A stretch of 43,109 bases of DNA. It comes from Octopus sinensis. Lineage: Eukaryota. Position 1 is the first letter of the stretch; every line of letters begins with the position of its first letter. The notes beneath the pieces were generated by a model that was given only the letters and a program-made list of their open reading frames with translations, was not told the origin of the DNA and searched no databases. Both the position numbers and the translations under genes were made by a program. This document shows positions 41,226 to 43,109 of this stretch, piece by piece. The DNA is taken from contig NW_021835079.1 in NCBI RefSeq assembly GCF_006345805.1, positions 1-43,109 on the forward strand. Reading direction: 5' to 3'.

Positions 41226-42407
41226 AGGCTACTATTTGCCATATTGCATGATGTTGGTCTTTATAGTATTTAGTTATTTATTTAGTTGTTTTTAGTTATT
41301 TGCAGGGATCGATATATCTTGACGAGAAGCTCCACACTCTTTTCTTTTCTCTTTTATAACAAGACATCGTAGTTAAACGCAAATGTCACGTTTGAAATTA
41401 AATGTGTGGACCAGAGCTGTCGACGCAGAGAGAAGAACCCATGTGCTACATATAGTTAGAGCGTTGAGTTGTGAAATACAAGTGAGTAAAGATATTAAAT
41501 TGAAATACTGTGTGAACATTTTATTTACGACCCAGTTTTGATTCCCACTTGTATACATGTACTTTTTAAATCTTTACTCATTTCTGTAGCTGAAGATGTT
41601 TGTAAATAAATTTTTATTTTCATACCCGTATCACACCCTTCAAAAGAAAAGCGATAGGTTTCATGATAACTTGGAAGAGAGGGAGTAAGCAGTGAAAACA
41701 TTCTTAAGCACGATGAATTGTATATTATTTGAACATACACTTATCAAGTTAAGTAAGGAGACAGATATGGTCTTTCAAGGAAACAGGAGTACAAGAAGAA
41801 TTTGTATGGGGAAAGTGAAAAAGTTAGACGGAAAAAGGGAGATAATGAGAGAGGGGGTGCAGACAGAGAGAGAGAGGCAAAGATATAGAGAAACAGAGAG
41901 AGAGAGAGATGGGGGAAGAAATGGAGGGAAAGAATAGGGAAGAAAAAAAGAGAATGAATATGAGGTCAGAGAGGGAGAACAGAAAGATAAGGAAAAGCGG
42001 CATTCTAAGAAAGAATAAAAGGAACGTGATAAAAGGAAAAGTAAGGAGTAAAGGTGAGAAAATAGAAAGAGTCGAAATGACAACGACAGGTAATAAAAAC
42101 AAAAATATTGGTGTTGGAATACTCAAGAGGGAATTAGAAAACAGAAAGGCAAAAAACAAAAAAAAAGTGAAGGAATGGTTAAGGACTCAGAGAAATTTTT
42201 GTTGGTTGTTATATTGGCTAAAAAAACTGTTCTTTGTAAGAAGCAGAGAAAGACCAAAAGGAAAAGAAAAGGTAATGAAAAAAATTATGGGCGCTGTTTG
42301 TTCTTGTTCACATTATGTGTACACGTAGTCACCTTATAAAATGTACGGTTGAACACAAACATCACATGTGTACACACATATACAAACAACCACACACGTG
42401 CATATAT

Positions 42408-42480
<73 letters not shown>

Positions 42481-42820
42481 TATGTGTATATGCGTATAAA
42501 AGCATGTGTATATATGTATATAAATATGTACATACATACATATATACATATATATACACACCCGTGTGTGTATATGTAAGTGTGTGTGTATATATATATA
42601 TATATACGTGTGTAGGTATGTAAGTGTATATGTATATATATATAAATATACTTATACATACATACATAAATAAATACATACATACATACATACATACATA
42701 CATACATACATACATACATACATACATACATGCATATATATATACATATATATATATACATATATGTATGTAAAAGATGAAGACAGAAATACAGATTAGC
42801 TGATAGATAAATATATATTA

Positions 42821-43020
42821 TTCTCTTGTTTCAGTCAGTTGACTGTGGCCATGCTGCAGCACCCGCTTTAGTCGAGCAAATCTGCCACAGGATTCCTCCT
42901 TTGTAAGCCTAGTACTTATCCTATGATAATCTTTTGCCGAAGTGCTAAGCAACCGGGACGTAAATACACCAACATCGGTTGAGTTGTCAAGTGATCGTGA
43001 GGGGACAAACAGAGACACAG
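42821..43020 (-). mobile_element. 3' tail module of SINE (probably family 3)
   Basis: Homologous to 31041-31236 (ctttagtcgagcaaatc...ctttgtaagcct). Confidence 0.75.
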
Positions 43021-43109
43021 AAATACACGCGCGCCACAACACACACAACACACACACCACACACACACACACCACACACACACACACACACACACCACAC
43101 ACACACACA

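Overview
This is an AT-rich, microsatellite-saturated eukaryotic window with no confidently identifiable host gene, RNA gene, CRISPR array or prokaryotic feature. The repeat content resembles what I recall of octopod cephalopod (Octopus-like) DNA; that assignment is inference, not a database result. Nearly all ORFs in the supplied track are translation artefacts of (TA)n, (CA)n, (TATG)n, (TCTA)n, (CAT)n and (ACC)n arrays. The only recognisable protein-coding sequences are dead transposon fragments: two Tc1/mariner transposase remnants (7.0-7.9 kb, 10.25-10.66 kb) and a CR1/L2-like LINE reverse-transcriptase remnant (17.7-19.0 kb, minus strand). The rest is many copies of at least three tRNA-headed SINE families plus probable Penelope-like terminal repeats. 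I found no support for a new multi-gene system. The observations most worth following up are mobile-element architectures: (1) SINE concatemers with a 184-bp period and the same junction at two distant loci, (2) a mariner element built from two 5' ends in inverted orientation, (3) a minimal hammerhead-ribozyme-like fold with a core substitution, (4) a 63-bp palindromic micro-MITE, and (5) a permuted plus inverted terminal-repeat structure. A few weak exon candidates are listed with low confidence.
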